Of a DNA stretch of 64,000 nucleotides, positions 45,860 to 56,643 are shown one piece after another. The position numbers and the translations under genes were made by a program. The stretch's first letter is position 1, and each line of letters starts with the position of its first letter. Source of the DNA: an uncultured Gemmatimonadaceae bacterium (GTDB lineage: Bacteria; Gemmatimonadota; Gemmatimonadetes; Gemmatimonadales; Gemmatimonadaceae); assembly GCA_963817955.1 (NCBI GenBank), contig CAWFQK010000001.1:256001-320000 (forward strand), in the 5' to 3' direction. The notes under the pieces were generated by a model that was not told the DNA's origin, searched no databases, and saw only the letters and a list, made by a program, of their open reading frames with translations.

Positions 45860-47334
45860 TCCCGCGCACGCTTCGCGCCGGCTCGCGCGCTGCGCTGGCC
45901 CTGGCGCTCCTGATCGCCGCGCCGCTCTCGGCGCAACAGCAGACAAACAAGCAACCGGCATTGGATCGCCGAGTGGTGCCGGCGGCGGGCAAAACGCCGG
46001 AGCTACACGTGCCGTCCTGGACCAAGACGACATTGTCGAACGGCGCACAGCTCATCGTGTCGGAGAGGCACGGCCTGCCGCTCGTCTCCTTCCAGATCAA
46101 CTTTGTCGGCGGCGCGTATCAGTATGAGCCGGCGGACAAGACCGGGCTGGCGAATTTCGTTTCGTCGATGCTGACGGAAGGCACGACGCATCGCACCGGC
46201 GACCAGATATCAAATGACCTCCAGTTGCTCGGCACCAACGTCGGCGCATCGATCAGCGGCGAGCAAGGACGCATTGCCTTCCTTTCGACCAAGGACAAGT
46301 TCGCGCCGGTACTGTCCATTCTTGCCGACATACTCGAAAACCCGACGTTCCCGCAGGCAGCGCTCGATCGATTGCGCTCACGAACGCTGGTCGCGTTGAC
46401 GCAGAACCGCGATCGCACGACCGGCATAGCCGGCATCGTGTTCCCGAAGGTGCTGTACACGACAGCCAATCCGTATGGCCGCAGTCCCAACGAGGCCTCG
46501 GTAAAGGCAATCACACGCGATGATCTCGTGTCGTTCTACAACACGTATTTCCAGCCCGGGCACGCGATCATCACTGTGGTGGGCGACGTCACGACCGCGA
46601 ACGTGAAGCGCGTTGTCGAACAGGCGCTGGCCGGGTGGAAGACGGGCGGCGCGATGCCGCGCTTCGATTATCCAGCCCCCCCAGCGCCGAAGCCGACGAC
46701 GATCTACCTGGTGGACAAGCCCGGCGCTGCCCAGTCCACATTCGCGATCGGCGAAGTGGGACCGCCGCGCGACACACCAGACTACTATGCGTTGCGCGTG
46801 ATGAACGAGATGTTGGGTGTCCTGTTCCAATCGCGGCTCAACCACGACATCCGTGAGGTGAAGGGCTACAGCTACGGCGTGGGGTCGAGCTTCTCGTTCG
46901 GCCACGGGCCGGGTCCGTTCCGAGCCGGCGGGGACGTGGTGACGGCAAAGACCGACAGCGCGTTGATCGAGTTCATGAAACAGCTTCGCGACATCCGTGG
47001 CGCCCGTCCGCCGTCGGACGACGAAATGGCACAGGCGCAAGCGAGCCTGGTGCAGAGCCTGCCGGCGTCGTTCGCGTCGGTGACCGGGGTGAACGGCAAC
47101 ATTGCGTCGATCTACACGCAGGGACTGCCTGAGACGTACTACCAGCAGTTCGCCAAGGCAGTGGACGCGGTGACCAAGGCCGACGTCGTGCGAGTTGCGC
47201 GGACGTATATCGATCCCGATCACCTGTCGATCGTCATCGTCGGCGACCGGTCGGCGATCGAAGCCCCACTCGCTGCCACCAAGATCGCTCCGATCGTCGT
47301 CCTGGATGTGAACGGCGATCCAATAAGCAAATGA
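45856..47334 (+). CDS. M16 family peptidase, non-catalytic partner subunit
   Basis: No HxxEH, SRLNHDIREVKGYSY (R/Y motif), ATGA overlap. Confidence 0.9.
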   Translation: MIPRTLRAGSRAALALALLIAAPLSAQQQTNKQPALDRRVVPAAGKTPELHVPSWTKTTLSNGAQLIVSERHGLPLVSFQINFVGGAYQYEPADKTGLANFVSSMLTEGTTHRTGDQISNDLQLLGTNVGASISGEQGRIAFLSTKDKFAPVLSILADILENPTFPQAALDRLRSRTLVALTQNRDRTTGIAGIVFPKVLYTTANPYGRSPNEASVKAITRDDLVSFYNTYFQPGHAIITVVGDVTTANVKRVVEQALAGWKTGGAMPRFDYPAPPAPKPTTIYLVDKPGAAQSTFAIGEVGPPRDTPDYYALRVMNEMLGVLFQSRLNHDIREVKGYSYGVGSSFSFGHGPGPFRAGGDVVTAKTDSALIEFMKQLRDIRGARPPSDDEMAQAQASLVQSLPASFASVTGVNGNIASIYTQGLPETYYQQFAKAVDAVTKADVVRVARTYIDPDHLSIVIVGDRSAIEAPLAATKIAPIVVLDVNGDPISK

Positions 47335-47458
47335 ATTCAGGGTTGGCAGTCTCGGGGTCCCTTTGTCCCTGGCGCGTCCTCCCCGCGCCAGGCGTTCGGT
47401 CGCATATTTTCATCTCGCAGCAACTCCTCCGCCTGATCGCACGTCACGCCATCAAACC

Positions 47459-48814
47459 ATGACGCAGACATCCGCCAACGCTCACTCGCCCGCACTCTCG
47501 CCGACGGTTTCGTCGCTCGAAGAGCTGTGGATGCCCTTTACCGCGAACCGCGCATACAAGCATGCGCCCCGGTTGCTCGCCTCTGCCAAGGACATGTACT
47601 ACACCACGGCCGATGGGCGACAGATTCTCGACGCCACCGCGGGCTTGTGGTGCGTGAACGCCGGCCATTGCCGCGAGTCGATCACCGCGGCCATCCGGCA
47701 GCAGGCGGGGACGCTGGATTACGCCCCCCCATTCCAACTGGGTCATCCACTCGAGTTCGAGCTCGCGCGCCGACTCGCGGCCATGCTTCCGGGCGACATC
47801 GACCACGTGTTCTTCGGCAATTCCGGATCGGAGGCGGTGGACAGCGCGCTCAAGATTGCCCTTGCCTACTGGCAGGCGAAAGGTGAACCGGAGCGCGTGC
47901 GATTCATCGGACGTGGGCGCGGTTATCATGGCGTCGGATTCGGCGGAATGTCGGTGGGTGGCATCGAGGCAAACCGCAAACAGTTCGCCGCGCAATCATT
48001 GCCGGCGGTGAGTCATCTGCCCCACACGCACGACCTGTCGCGCAACGCGTTCACGCGCGGACAGCCGGAGCACGGCGTCGAATTCGCGGATGCGTTGGAG
48101 GCGCTGGTCGCCGAGCATGGCGCATCGACGATTGCCGCTGTGATCCTCGAGCCAGTTGCCGGCTCAACGGGCGTGCTCGTACCGCCGCGTGGCTATCTCG
48201 AGCGCATCCGTCAGATCTGCGACCGCCACGGCATTCTGCTCATTTTCGACGAAGTGATTACCGGATTTGGCCGGCTCGGGGCATCGTTCGCCGCGACGAA
48301 ATTCGGCGTGCTCCCCGATATGATGACGATTGCAAAGGGAGTGACCAATGCCACGGTGCCGATGGGCGCGGTGGGCGTGCGTCACGCCGTCTACGACACA
48401 GTGGTGAATCATTCCGCGTCGGCCATTGAGTTGTTCCATGGATATACCTACTCCGGCCACCCACTGGCCGCGGCAGCCGCGCTGGCGACGCTCGATCTGT
48501 ACGCAACCGAAGGGCTGTTCGAGCGAGCCGCATCACTGGAATCGTACTGGGCCGACGCGGTGCACGCGCTCCGCGGCTCACCCCATGTGATCGATCTTCG
48601 CAATATCGGGCTCGTTGCCGGCATCGAGCTCGAGTCGCGGCCGGGCGCTGTCGGCGCGCGCGCCTTCGACGTCTTTCTCAAGTGCTTCGAGGCCGGCGTG
48701 CTCGTTCGCTCCGCCGGTGACACCATTGCACTCTCGCCGCCACTGATCATCGAACGTGAGCAGATCGACCGCGCCTTCGATCTGCTCGGGACCGCACTGC
48801 GGAGTGTGGACTGA
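47459..48814 (+). CDS. Omega-amino acid (beta-alanine):pyruvate aminotransferase, class III
   Basis: WMPFTANR, GLWCVNAGH, SGSEAVD, FDEVITGFGRLG, AKG, HGYTYSGHP. Confidence 0.92.
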   Translation: MTQTSANAHSPALSPTVSSLEELWMPFTANRAYKHAPRLLASAKDMYYTTADGRQILDATAGLWCVNAGHCRESITAAIRQQAGTLDYAPPFQLGHPLEFELARRLAAMLPGDIDHVFFGNSGSEAVDSALKIALAYWQAKGEPERVRFIGRGRGYHGVGFGGMSVGGIEANRKQFAAQSLPAVSHLPHTHDLSRNAFTRGQPEHGVEFADALEALVAEHGASTIAAVILEPVAGSTGVLVPPRGYLERIRQICDRHGILLIFDEVITGFGRLGASFAATKFGVLPDMMTIAKGVTNATVPMGAVGVRHAVYDTVVNHSASAIELFHGYTYSGHPLAAAAALATLDLYATEGLFERAASLESYWADAVHALRGSPHVIDLRNIGLVAGIELESRPGAVGARAFDVFLKCFEAGVLVRSAGDTIALSPPLIIEREQIDRAFDLLGTALRSVD

Positions 48815-48815
48815 C

Positions 48816-49778
48816 GTGGGGCGATACGGACGGTCTGTGGCGGCGTTACTCGTGTTCGTCGCGAGCGCATGTACTCTCCAGGAAGCGGGCACGCGCCCCG
48901 ACACCGCGGCGTCGGCGAACCCATCGCGACTGAGCACGAAACCATGGAATCCCAACACGTGGCAGCCGCCAGTGGTGGACAGCACGCCGGATGATCCGTT
49001 CGAAGCCTCCGTGTACCGCGGCCTGGCGCTGATTACCCACACGCGCGACAGCCTTCCCGCGTACGTGGGAGGCACCCTCAATTGTACGAGTTGTCACCTA
49101 GAAGAAGGGCGCCGCGTGAACGCGGCGCCGCTCGTCGGTGTGGTGGCGCGGTATCCGATGTACATGGACCGCACGGCCGCAGTCGTGCCGATCGAGGATC
49201 GCGTGAACTACTGCTTCACGCGCAGTCTCGCCGGCTCCAAGCTACCGCCGGACAGCCGCGAGATGCAGGACATCGTCGCCTATCTCGCATACATCTCGCG
49301 CGGGGTTCCGACGGGAGAACACGTGCGCGGCGAGGGATTGGCGAGTATCCCCAAATTGACTGGCGACTCGGTTCGGGGCCGAGCGCTGTTTGTCCAGAAC
49401 TGCGCCCGGTGTCACGGCAATAACGGCGCTGGCATGGGACCGATTCCTGCCCTCTGGGGCGCGAAATCGTTCAGCATCGGTGCCTCGCTGGCGCGCCAGG
49501 AACGCGCCGCATCGTTCATTCGACACAACATGCCTCTCGATCGTCCAGGAACGATCTCGGATCAACAGGCGTTCGATCTTGCCGCGTACGTGACGTCGAT
49601 GCCGCGGCCCGATTCCCCTGGCAAGGAGTTGGATTGGCCAACTGGCGGTGCACCGGCCGACGTGCCGTACGCCACGAGAGGTCACGCGGCGTATCGGCCG
49701 CCAAAGTTGTTGCCGCGCACGACCAACCCCACCGCGGCAATCGTCGGACCGCCAGCGTCAGTGCTGAAATCCAGATAG
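48816..49778 (+). CDS. tsdA: Diheme cytochrome c lipoprotein, TsdA-like (thiosulfate dehydrogenase/tetrathionate reductase)
   Basis: VASA-C lipobox, CTSCH and CARCH, DRVNYCFTRS active-site Cys, PALWG, SFSIGA, HNMP. Confidence 0.75.
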   Translation: MGRYGRSVAALLVFVASACTLQEAGTRPDTAASANPSRLSTKPWNPNTWQPPVVDSTPDDPFEASVYRGLALITHTRDSLPAYVGGTLNCTSCHLEEGRRVNAAPLVGVVARYPMYMDRTAAVVPIEDRVNYCFTRSLAGSKLPPDSREMQDIVAYLAYISRGVPTGEHVRGEGLASIPKLTGDSVRGRALFVQNCARCHGNNGAGMGPIPALWGAKSFSIGASLARQERAASFIRHNMPLDRPGTISDQQAFDLAAYVTSMPRPDSPGKELDWPTGGAPADVPYATRGHAAYRPPKLLPRTTNPTAAIVGPPASVLKSR

Positions 49779-49940
49779 TAAGGGGGAGGCGCCATCAATC
49801 GCCGGTGCACCATGGGTCGGGAGCTGGACCGTTTTGCTCCCACCGTTGTCAAAACGCCTTCGCAAGCACATATTCGCCATACGTTCGTCACGCAGTTCCG
49901 GAACGGACCCGACGATGGGTCCCCCGCGGAGTTATCAACC

Positions 49941-50255
49941 ATGGGTACGGCCAGCAGTGTCAGCGCCACCTTGGCGGTGATCCCGAACAAGGAGGACGCG
50001 CCTCGCGTCATCCAGCAGTTCACGTCGATCTTCCTCGTCGGCCGCTACGGCTGCCTCTGGCGAGTCTATGATACCGCGGCGCCCAATAGCGCCGATCGAC
50101 GGATGCCATCGGCAGGAACGAGCCTCTCCACCAGGATCTTCGTCGCGCTTGCCCGCAAGGCTGAAGAGCGGGCGTACTCGTTCGTACCCGGCGAATCACA
50201 CGACATCGATCCGGTGAGCCTCCAGCGTCAGCTCGACGAGAGCGCTTCGCAATAG
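49941..50255 (+). CDS. Hypothetical protein (104 aa)
   Basis: GGAG RBS before ATG 49941, WRVYD and LQRQL motifs. Confidence 0.65.
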   Translation: MGTASSVSATLAVIPNKEDAPRVIQQFTSIFLVGRYGCLWRVYDTAAPNSADRRMPSAGTSLSTRIFVALARKAEERAYSFVPGESHDIDPVSLQRQLDESASQ

Positions 50256-50285
50256 CGGAGCGCCCCCGCCGGCAGTACGAATTGC

Positions 50286-51419
50286 TTACGGCTTCAAATT
50301 GCGCTCGAAGAACGCCCAGGTGCGATTCCATGAATCGATCTGCTCGGGCGAGTCTTCGCGTTCGAGCGTTTCGCGGTTGACACGGCGGCTGAACGTGTGG
50401 CCACAGCCGGCAGGGCCCGGCGGCGGATCCTTGTAGATCTTCGTTTCGGCCAGATTCGGCTTGAGCGCCATCAACGTGTAGACCATTTGCTGGTCTTCAC
50501 GGAAGAAGACGTCGCAGTCGTTGGTCGCCACGTGCACCAACATCGGGACTTTCAGATTGTCGGCGTGGAAGACGGGCGAGCGCTCCAGGTAGACGTCGAT
50601 ACAATCGCGGTTGTGCTGTTCCCCGCAGTTCTGCTCGAAGGGCATGCCTTGAATCCCCTCCTCGGCCGCGTAGCTGCGCGCGTAGCCGGGACCGTGATCC
50701 ATGAGCCGGAACACGAGATTGGTGACCGGCACGATCGCCGCACCGGCCTTGAACGGGTTGTCGTTGCGAAAGAGAATGTGAGACGTGATGAACCCGCCAT
50801 GGCTCCAGCCCATGATGCCCAGCTTCGTGGCGTCGACCGACGGCAGGGTCGCGAGGTAGTCGACCGACGACAGCACGTCGTCCACTTCCTTTCCGCCGTA
50901 GTCGATCTTCTTGAGCCACTCGTCGCCATAGCCGGTGCTGCCACGGTAGTCCGGCGTGAGCACTACGTATCCACGCTTCACGGCTTCGACGACGAATGGA
51001 TAGAGGGAGGTGTCCCAGTCGCCGTGGACGCCGCCGTGCACCCAGACGAGCGCCGCATGCTTGCGGCTGCCATTGTCGATCGGCGAGAAGACATACGCCG
51101 GAATCTCCAAGCCGTCGGCGCGGCTCTTATAGTGGATCTTCTGAAACTGATAGTTGCCCGGCGCCTTGGCCGTGTACACGCTGTCCGTGCGCCGCTTGTT
51201 CGTGATGTACCGCTCGCATACGGCGGGCGTGCATCCCTGGAGATCACTGGGGTTCTTGCTGACGTAAAGCTCCCGTGCGCGCACGGAATCCGTCGCGGCA
51301 CGCCAGGGGGATGGCGGCGCGGCGCGACTCTGATCGCGCGGTGGGCCACCACGGCCGGTGGGTTGCTGTGCAACGAGTGGGGCGGCGACGAGAAGCGCCA
51401 AAAGGGCAAGTCGGTTCAT
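50286..51419 (-). CDS. Secreted S9 family peptidase (prolyl oligopeptidase-like)
   Basis: VHGG, DYRGSTGYG, GWSHGG, Asp and His triad positions. Confidence 0.92.
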   Translation of the reverse strand: MNRLALLALLVAAPLVAQQPTGRGGPPRDQSRAAPPSPWRAATDSVRARELYVSKNPSDLQGCTPAVCERYITNKRRTDSVYTAKAPGNYQFQKIHYKSRADGLEIPAYVFSPIDNGSRKHAALVWVHGGVHGDWDTSLYPFVVEAVKRGYVVLTPDYRGSTGYGDEWLKKIDYGGKEVDDVLSSVDYLATLPSVDATKLGIMGWSHGGFITSHILFRNDNPFKAGAAIVPVTNLVFRLMDHGPGYARSYAAEEGIQGMPFEQNCGEQHNRDCIDVYLERSPVFHADNLKVPMLVHVATNDCDVFFREDQQMVYTLMALKPNLAETKIYKDPPPGPAGCGHTFSRRVNRETLEREDSPEQIDSWNRTWAFFERNLKP

Positions 51420-51476
51420 TCGAGCCTCGGAGAGAAGTTCAGCGAAGCGAATGTACGAAACCGTCAGCCACCTTGG

Positions 51477-52415
51477 CTACTTCACCTCTGACGGCGACTG
51501 CCAGGATGCCACGTTGAGATCTACGGGCAACTTAAGGTGTCCCACCGACCGGGCGACATCGAGCACACCCTGCCAGACGCCCGCAAACGCGTAGCCCACG
51601 TCCTGTGGCGCACGGCTCTCCTGAAAACCCTTGCCGCCGGCAATCCACATGCGCGGGGTTTCCGTGTCGCCGGCCGCCCGGAGGACGTCACGCACGTCAG
51701 TAAAGACCACTGGTGCGTTGTGCTGGTGCGTGTAGAATCCGGGCCGGAATTGGCCGTTGGCGATCATACGCGCCGTCCATGCCTTGTAATAGTCGCGCAT
51801 GGCGTCAGGAATCGTCTCCATTCGCTCGAGGTCGAGAAACACGACGGAGCCGTGCGCGAAACCTTCGGCCGACGCGCGCGCCGTGGCGTCGTCCGCGTTC
51901 CGTGTGCCTTCATCTGCACTCACCAGGTCCGATGCACACGCATCGTGCTTGCGCACCGCATCGCGTTGCGAGGGTGTCAAGGGCCGCGGCGTTCTGCCCC
52001 AGGTCTGTTCGCCAACGTACACAATTGCCAGCCCCCAACCCATGGCCTGGAGGGTATCGCGCTTGCCGGTCCACGATGCATCGGCATGACAGGGCGACGG
52101 GAGATAATAACCCACCCATTTGTACGGCGACCCAGGCGTATTCTTCCACGCCCGCATGGTCGCCGTGCCGGGATAGGTATGGGTATCGAATCCGAGGAAC
52201 CGACCCTTCTGAACATTGTTGGCGATCGGGGCACCCTCGCCGGTCACCGCGGCGGCCGCTTGCGCGACATCAGCCGCGACGCCCACGATGGACGGCCGGT
52301 GTGTCGGATCTGTCAGCGCGGCGTTGCAGGCGGCCACAGCGACGGTTATGCCCAATGCGAAGAGCCGTGCGCGACGAGTCCGTACCGATCTGATCGTTAT
52401 CGTGTGGCGTGGCAT
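51477..52415 (-). CDS. DUF1906 (GH25-like, putative peptidoglycan hydrolase) lipoprotein
   Basis: VAA-C lipobox, GFDT, WVGYYL, VFLDLE, VWQ, VDLN. Confidence 0.8.
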   Translation of the reverse strand: MPRHTITIRSVRTRRARLFALGITVAVAACNAALTDPTHRPSIVGVAADVAQAAAAVTGEGAPIANNVQKGRFLGFDTHTYPGTATMRAWKNTPGSPYKWVGYYLPSPCHADASWTGKRDTLQAMGWGLAIVYVGEQTWGRTPRPLTPSQRDAVRKHDACASDLVSADEGTRNADDATARASAEGFAHGSVVFLDLERMETIPDAMRDYYKAWTARMIANGQFRPGFYTHQHNAPVVFTDVRDVLRAAGDTETPRMWIAGGKGFQESRAPQDVGYAFAGVWQGVLDVARSVGHLKLPVDLNVASWQSPSEVK

Positions 52416-52481
52416 ACCGCCATACAAATGCAACGACCGTACTTCGGGCGGTCGCCCATCAGACCACCATTACCTTCAGGC

Positions 52482-54293
52482 ATGGCCAAGTATGACAAGA
52501 CCCGCGCCTGGAACGGGGCGCGTGAACTCATCCGGGAACATCGCGCGTCGCTCACCGTGGGCCTCATACTCATGGTGATCAACCGCCTCAGCGGCCTCGT
52601 TCTGCCGGCGACGTCGAAGTTCTTCATCGACGATGTTCTTCAGAAACACCGCGGTGACCTGCTCATCCCGCTCGCCGCGGCCGCCGCAGTGGCGACGGTG
52701 GTGCAAGGCGCGACGTCCTTTGCGCTGTCGCAGGTCGTGAGCATCGCCGCGCAACGCGCAATCACAGAGATGCGCAAGCGCGTGCAGGCCCATGTGCTGC
52801 GGCTCCCGGTGTCGTACTTCGACTCGACTAAGACCGGCGTGCTCATCTCGCGCATCATGACAGACGCCGAGGGAGTGCGGAATCTCATCGGGACAGGACT
52901 CGTCCAGCTGGTGGGCAGCATGCTGACCGCGGTCATTGCGGTAGGCGTTCTGTTTTACGTGAACTGGAAGCTCACCGCGGCCATGCTCGTCATCCTCAGC
53001 GCATTCGGCTGGATGATGACCACGGCATTCAAGCGCCTGCGTCCATTGTTCCGCGAGCGCGGAGCGATCAATGCCGAGGTGACGGGGCGGCTCACGGAAA
53101 CGATTGGCGGCGTGCGGCTGGTGAAGATCTATACGGCCGAACCACGCGAGCGGCTGGTGTTCGCGCGCGGCGTACACAAGCTGTTTCGCCTGGTGGCGAA
53201 GACCATCACGGGAACGTCGGCCGTCGGCGCAGGTACGGCCGTGATTACCGGAATCATTGGCGTGCTCGTGATCGTCATTGGCGGCCGTGCGATTCTCGCC
53301 GGCGCCATGACCACCGGCGATCTATTCATGTACATCTTCTTCGTCGGGCTGTTGGCCGCGCCCCTCGTGCAGATTGCCTCGATCGGGACGCAAGTGAGCG
53401 AGGCGTTTGCCGGTCTCGATCGCATTCGCGAAATTCGCGAGATGCCAACCGAAGACCAGAACGACGCCAGCAAGGCATCGCTGGCCGACGTCGATGGTTG
53501 CATCGAATTTCACGACGTGTCGTTCGAGTACGTGCCGGGCGTGGAAGTGCTGAAACACGTGTCGTTCACTGCGCCCGCCGGCTCGACCACCGCGCTCGTC
53601 GGCTCCAGCGGCTCCGGCAAGAGCACGCTCATCGGACTGGTGATGGCATTCAATCATCCGAAACACGGACGAGTGCTCGTCGATGGCCATGACGTCGCGA
53701 ACGTGCGGATGCGCGACTACCGCTCGCACGTCGGCGTCGTCATGCAGGACAACTTCCTGTTCGACGGCACGGTTCGCGAGAACATCGCGTTCAGCAAACC
53801 TGGTGCGACGGACGAAGAGGTGCGCACGGCAGCGCACGTCGCCCACTGCGACGAATTCGTGAATCGATTCGCGGATGGCTACGAGACGATCGTCGGCGAG
53901 CGCGGCGTCAAACTGTCCGGTGGACAGCGGCAACGCGTCGCCATTGCCCGCGCCGTCCTTGCGGATCCACGAATTCTCATTCTCGACGAGGCGACATCGA
54001 GCCTCGACAGCGAGAGTGAGGCGCTGATTCGCGACGGGCTTCGTTCACTCCGCCGCGGTCGCACGACGTTCGTCATTGCGCACCGCCTCTCCACCGTCGA
54101 GAGCGCCGATCAGATTCTCGTGATCGAGAACGGAGAGATCGTCGAGCGCGGTACGCACCGTGAGCTCCTGGATCTGGGCGGGCGCTACCGCCAGCTCTAT
54201 GAGAAACAGTACGGCGCCGAGACGGACCGGTTCATCAATCCCGGCGAGGATTTCTTGCGGGTCGGCCCGAGGGACGAAGTCCGGAAGATGTAA
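52482..54293 (+). CDS. ABC exporter, fused permease/ATPase (MsbA-like)
   Basis: 6 TM, GSSGSGKST, VGERGVKLSGGQRQR, LDEATSSLD, IAHRLST. Confidence 0.94.
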   Translation: MAKYDKTRAWNGARELIREHRASLTVGLILMVINRLSGLVLPATSKFFIDDVLQKHRGDLLIPLAAAAAVATVVQGATSFALSQVVSIAAQRAITEMRKRVQAHVLRLPVSYFDSTKTGVLISRIMTDAEGVRNLIGTGLVQLVGSMLTAVIAVGVLFYVNWKLTAAMLVILSAFGWMMTTAFKRLRPLFRERGAINAEVTGRLTETIGGVRLVKIYTAEPRERLVFARGVHKLFRLVAKTITGTSAVGAGTAVITGIIGVLVIVIGGRAILAGAMTTGDLFMYIFFVGLLAAPLVQIASIGTQVSEAFAGLDRIREIREMPTEDQNDASKASLADVDGCIEFHDVSFEYVPGVEVLKHVSFTAPAGSTTALVGSSGSGKSTLIGLVMAFNHPKHGRVLVDGHDVANVRMRDYRSHVGVVMQDNFLFDGTVRENIAFSKPGATDEEVRTAAHVAHCDEFVNRFADGYETIVGERGVKLSGGQRQRVAIARAVLADPRILILDEATSSLDSESEALIRDGLRSLRRGRTTFVIAHRLSTVESADQILVIENGEIVERGTHRELLDLGGRYRQLYEKQYGAETDRFINPGEDFLRVGPRDEVRKM

Positions 54294-54325
54294 CGACCGT
54301 CGGGATCGCTCCTGCGGCACGGACC

Positions 54326-55114
54326 ATGAACCGAGGTCTTCGTGCCATGCGAACCCTACTGCTGGCCGCCGCGCTGGCTGGCCTCGTCGTCACCGCCGAT
54401 GTTTCGTATTCCGCCGTTTCGGCTCACTCGGCCGAGCCCGCTGTGGCTCCGCGTGCGATGCCGTTCCATGTGGGCGAAAAGCTGACATATCAGGCGAAGC
54501 TCAATTTCGTCAATGTCGGCTCGGCGACCATGAGCGTTGAGGACATCGAAGACATCCGCGGGCAGGCGACGTATCACACGATATTCGACATCCAGGGCCG
54601 GGTGCTGTTCTTCCATGTGAACGACCATTACGAGAGCTGGTTCGATACGACGGACATGGTCTCGCTACATCACGTGCAGCACATCGACCAACCGGGCCAC
54701 CGGATCGATCGCGTGTACGATTTCTATCCCGACAGGCAGATCTACGTGCGCAACGATACCGTGGGCCGCAGCGTGGCGATGCCACTCGACGAAGGGTCCT
54801 TCATCTACTTTTTGCGGTCGATCCCGCTCGAGGTGGGGAAGACGTATAGCTTCGATCGGTACTACCATCTCGAACGAAATCCGGTCGTGATCAAAGTGGT
54901 CCGCAAGGAACACATCTCCGTGCCGGCCGGCGAGTTCGACGCGATCGTTGTTGATCCCGTCATCAAGTCCAAAGGCCTCTTCTCGGAGAACGGGCATGCC
55001 GAGGTGTGGCTGGCCGACGACAGTGCGCGCACTCTCCTGCGCCTGAAGTCAAAGCTTCCGATGGGCACGTTGTACTTGGAGCTGAAACAAGCCGAGTACA
55101 CCATGCGGAGGTGA
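54326..55114 (+). CDS. DUF3108 domain exported protein (copy 1)
   Basis: PFHVGEKLTY, VPAGEFDA, VWLADDSAR. Confidence 0.8.
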   Translation: MNRGLRAMRTLLLAAALAGLVVTADVSYSAVSAHSAEPAVAPRAMPFHVGEKLTYQAKLNFVNVGSATMSVEDIEDIRGQATYHTIFDIQGRVLFFHVNDHYESWFDTTDMVSLHHVQHIDQPGHRIDRVYDFYPDRQIYVRNDTVGRSVAMPLDEGSFIYFLRSIPLEVGKTYSFDRYYHLERNPVVIKVVRKEHISVPAGEFDAIVVDPVIKSKGLFSENGHAEVWLADDSARTLLRLKSKLPMGTLYLELKQAEYTMRR

Positions 55115-55149
55115 ATCCAGCACAGGTTCGCACCCCTTCCGCCCGGAAG

Positions 55150-56613
55150 ATGCCCAGCGATTCATTGCGGGCTTCAAGGCCAGAAAGGGCCGCACAGGCT
55201 GACGTTGTCTTGTTGATCGTCGTCGCATCGCTGGCACGGCTGGCGCTGGCGGCAACGATCGGCCTCGGCGTCGACGAGTCGTACGCATTTGCCGTTTCGC
55301 GCCCCCTGAGCCTCAGCTATTTCGATCACCCACCGCTCGTCTTCTGGTTGGTGAGCGCAGCGCGCGCCCTCGGCTCGAGCCCCGTGGTACTGCGGTTACC
55401 ATTCATCGCGCTATTCGCAGGAACCACGTGGTACGTCGCTCAGCTCACTGCCACGCTATTCGGTGCACGTGCCGGTCTGTACGCAGCCATCGTGCTGAAC
55501 CTGATCCCCGTGTTCACGATCAGCTCGGGTGGATGGATGCTGCCCGACGGACCACTCCTGTTCGGCGAATCGTTGGCCGCCTACGCGGTCGCGCGGGCGA
55601 CGTTTGAGCCGGAGCGCGCACCGCGGGCCGCGTGGGTATGGATTGGCGTCGGCGTTGGCATCTCGCTCCTGTCCAAGTATCACGCACTGCTGTTCGTGGC
55701 CGGTCTGCTGCTCTGGTGCGTCACATCGCCACGCGGCCGTTTCTGGCTGCGCTCACCACGAACGCTTGGGGCAATCGTCATTGCAACCATGCTGGCGCTC
55801 CCGGTGGTAGTCTGGAACGCGCAGCACGACTGGGCATCGATTCGCTTTCAGCTCGCGCGCTCCGTCGGACACCAGAGCGCAATCAGTGCGCTGGCGCAGA
55901 ATGTCGCCGGCCAGGCCGGTTACATCCTGCCGTGGATCTGGGTCCCCATGCTGTGGCAACTTGCGGTGGCAATGCACCGGGGGCCGCGCGACGATCGGCG
56001 ATGGTTTCTATGCTGTCTGGCGATCGTGCCCATCGTCCTCTTCACGCTCATGTCCCTGCGTGGCAACCCAGGCCTCCCACATTGGCCGGCTCCGGGGTAC
56101 GTCTTCGTCGTGCCGCTCGTCGCATATGCCATCGTCAGGCTCGAGGAGCGCGTGGGCGTCGCGGGCGTACGCCGGCGCATCATCTATGCAACGGCCAGTC
56201 TCGTGGTGCCGGTGCTGTTGGTCGTGAGCCAGGTGAGCACCGGATGGATGCAGTCGGTCACTCCGTCCCTGTTCCGCCGCGGCGATCCATCTCTCGATCT
56301 GGTCGATTGGGGGAGTCTCCGGCCGCAGCTCGTCGACGCTGGGCTGCTGCCACCAGGCCGCATCGTTGCTGGCACGTCGTGGATCGACTGCGCCAAGCTG
56401 GGGTATGCTCTCCAACCGGTGCCCGTCCGTTGTCTCACCGACGATCCGCGACACTTCCAGTTCCTGCCCATTGTGCCGGACTCACGCGGTGTCCTCGTGA
56501 TTCAACGTGCAAACCCCAGCGGTAGCGGGAGGAGGCTTTTTGGCGTGACGCGAAACGGACGACGGGCAATTCAGTTCACGGCGTATCTGTTGCGCCATGC
56601 CGTCGATCGCTAG
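55150..56613 (+). CDS. GT-C fold glycosyltransferase (PMT_2/ArnT-like)
   Basis: DESY, YFDHPPL, LRLPF, PDGP, LLSKY, WNAQHDWAS, PHW. Multi-TM. Confidence 0.88.
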   Translation: MPSDSLRASRPERAAQADVVLLIVVASLARLALAATIGLGVDESYAFAVSRPLSLSYFDHPPLVFWLVSAARALGSSPVVLRLPFIALFAGTTWYVAQLTATLFGARAGLYAAIVLNLIPVFTISSGGWMLPDGPLLFGESLAAYAVARATFEPERAPRAAWVWIGVGVGISLLSKYHALLFVAGLLLWCVTSPRGRFWLRSPRTLGAIVIATMLALPVVVWNAQHDWASIRFQLARSVGHQSAISALAQNVAGQAGYILPWIWVPMLWQLAVAMHRGPRDDRRWFLCCLAIVPIVLFTLMSLRGNPGLPHWPAPGYVFVVPLVAYAIVRLEERVGVAGVRRRIIYATASLVVPVLLVVSQVSTGWMQSVTPSLFRRGDPSLDLVDWGSLRPQLVDAGLLPPGRIVAGTSWIDCAKLGYALQPVPVRCLTDDPRHFQFLPIVPDSRGVLVIQRANPSGSGRRLFGVTRNGRRAIQFTAYLLRHAVDR

Positions 56614-56643
56614 TCGCCGCGGTGCTTCTCACCGACTGTAGCT

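Noticed and set aside
51537..54293. 918-aa ORF as an extended ABC transporter
   Set aside because: The N-terminal part is antisense to the DUF1906 gene. The real start is 52482.
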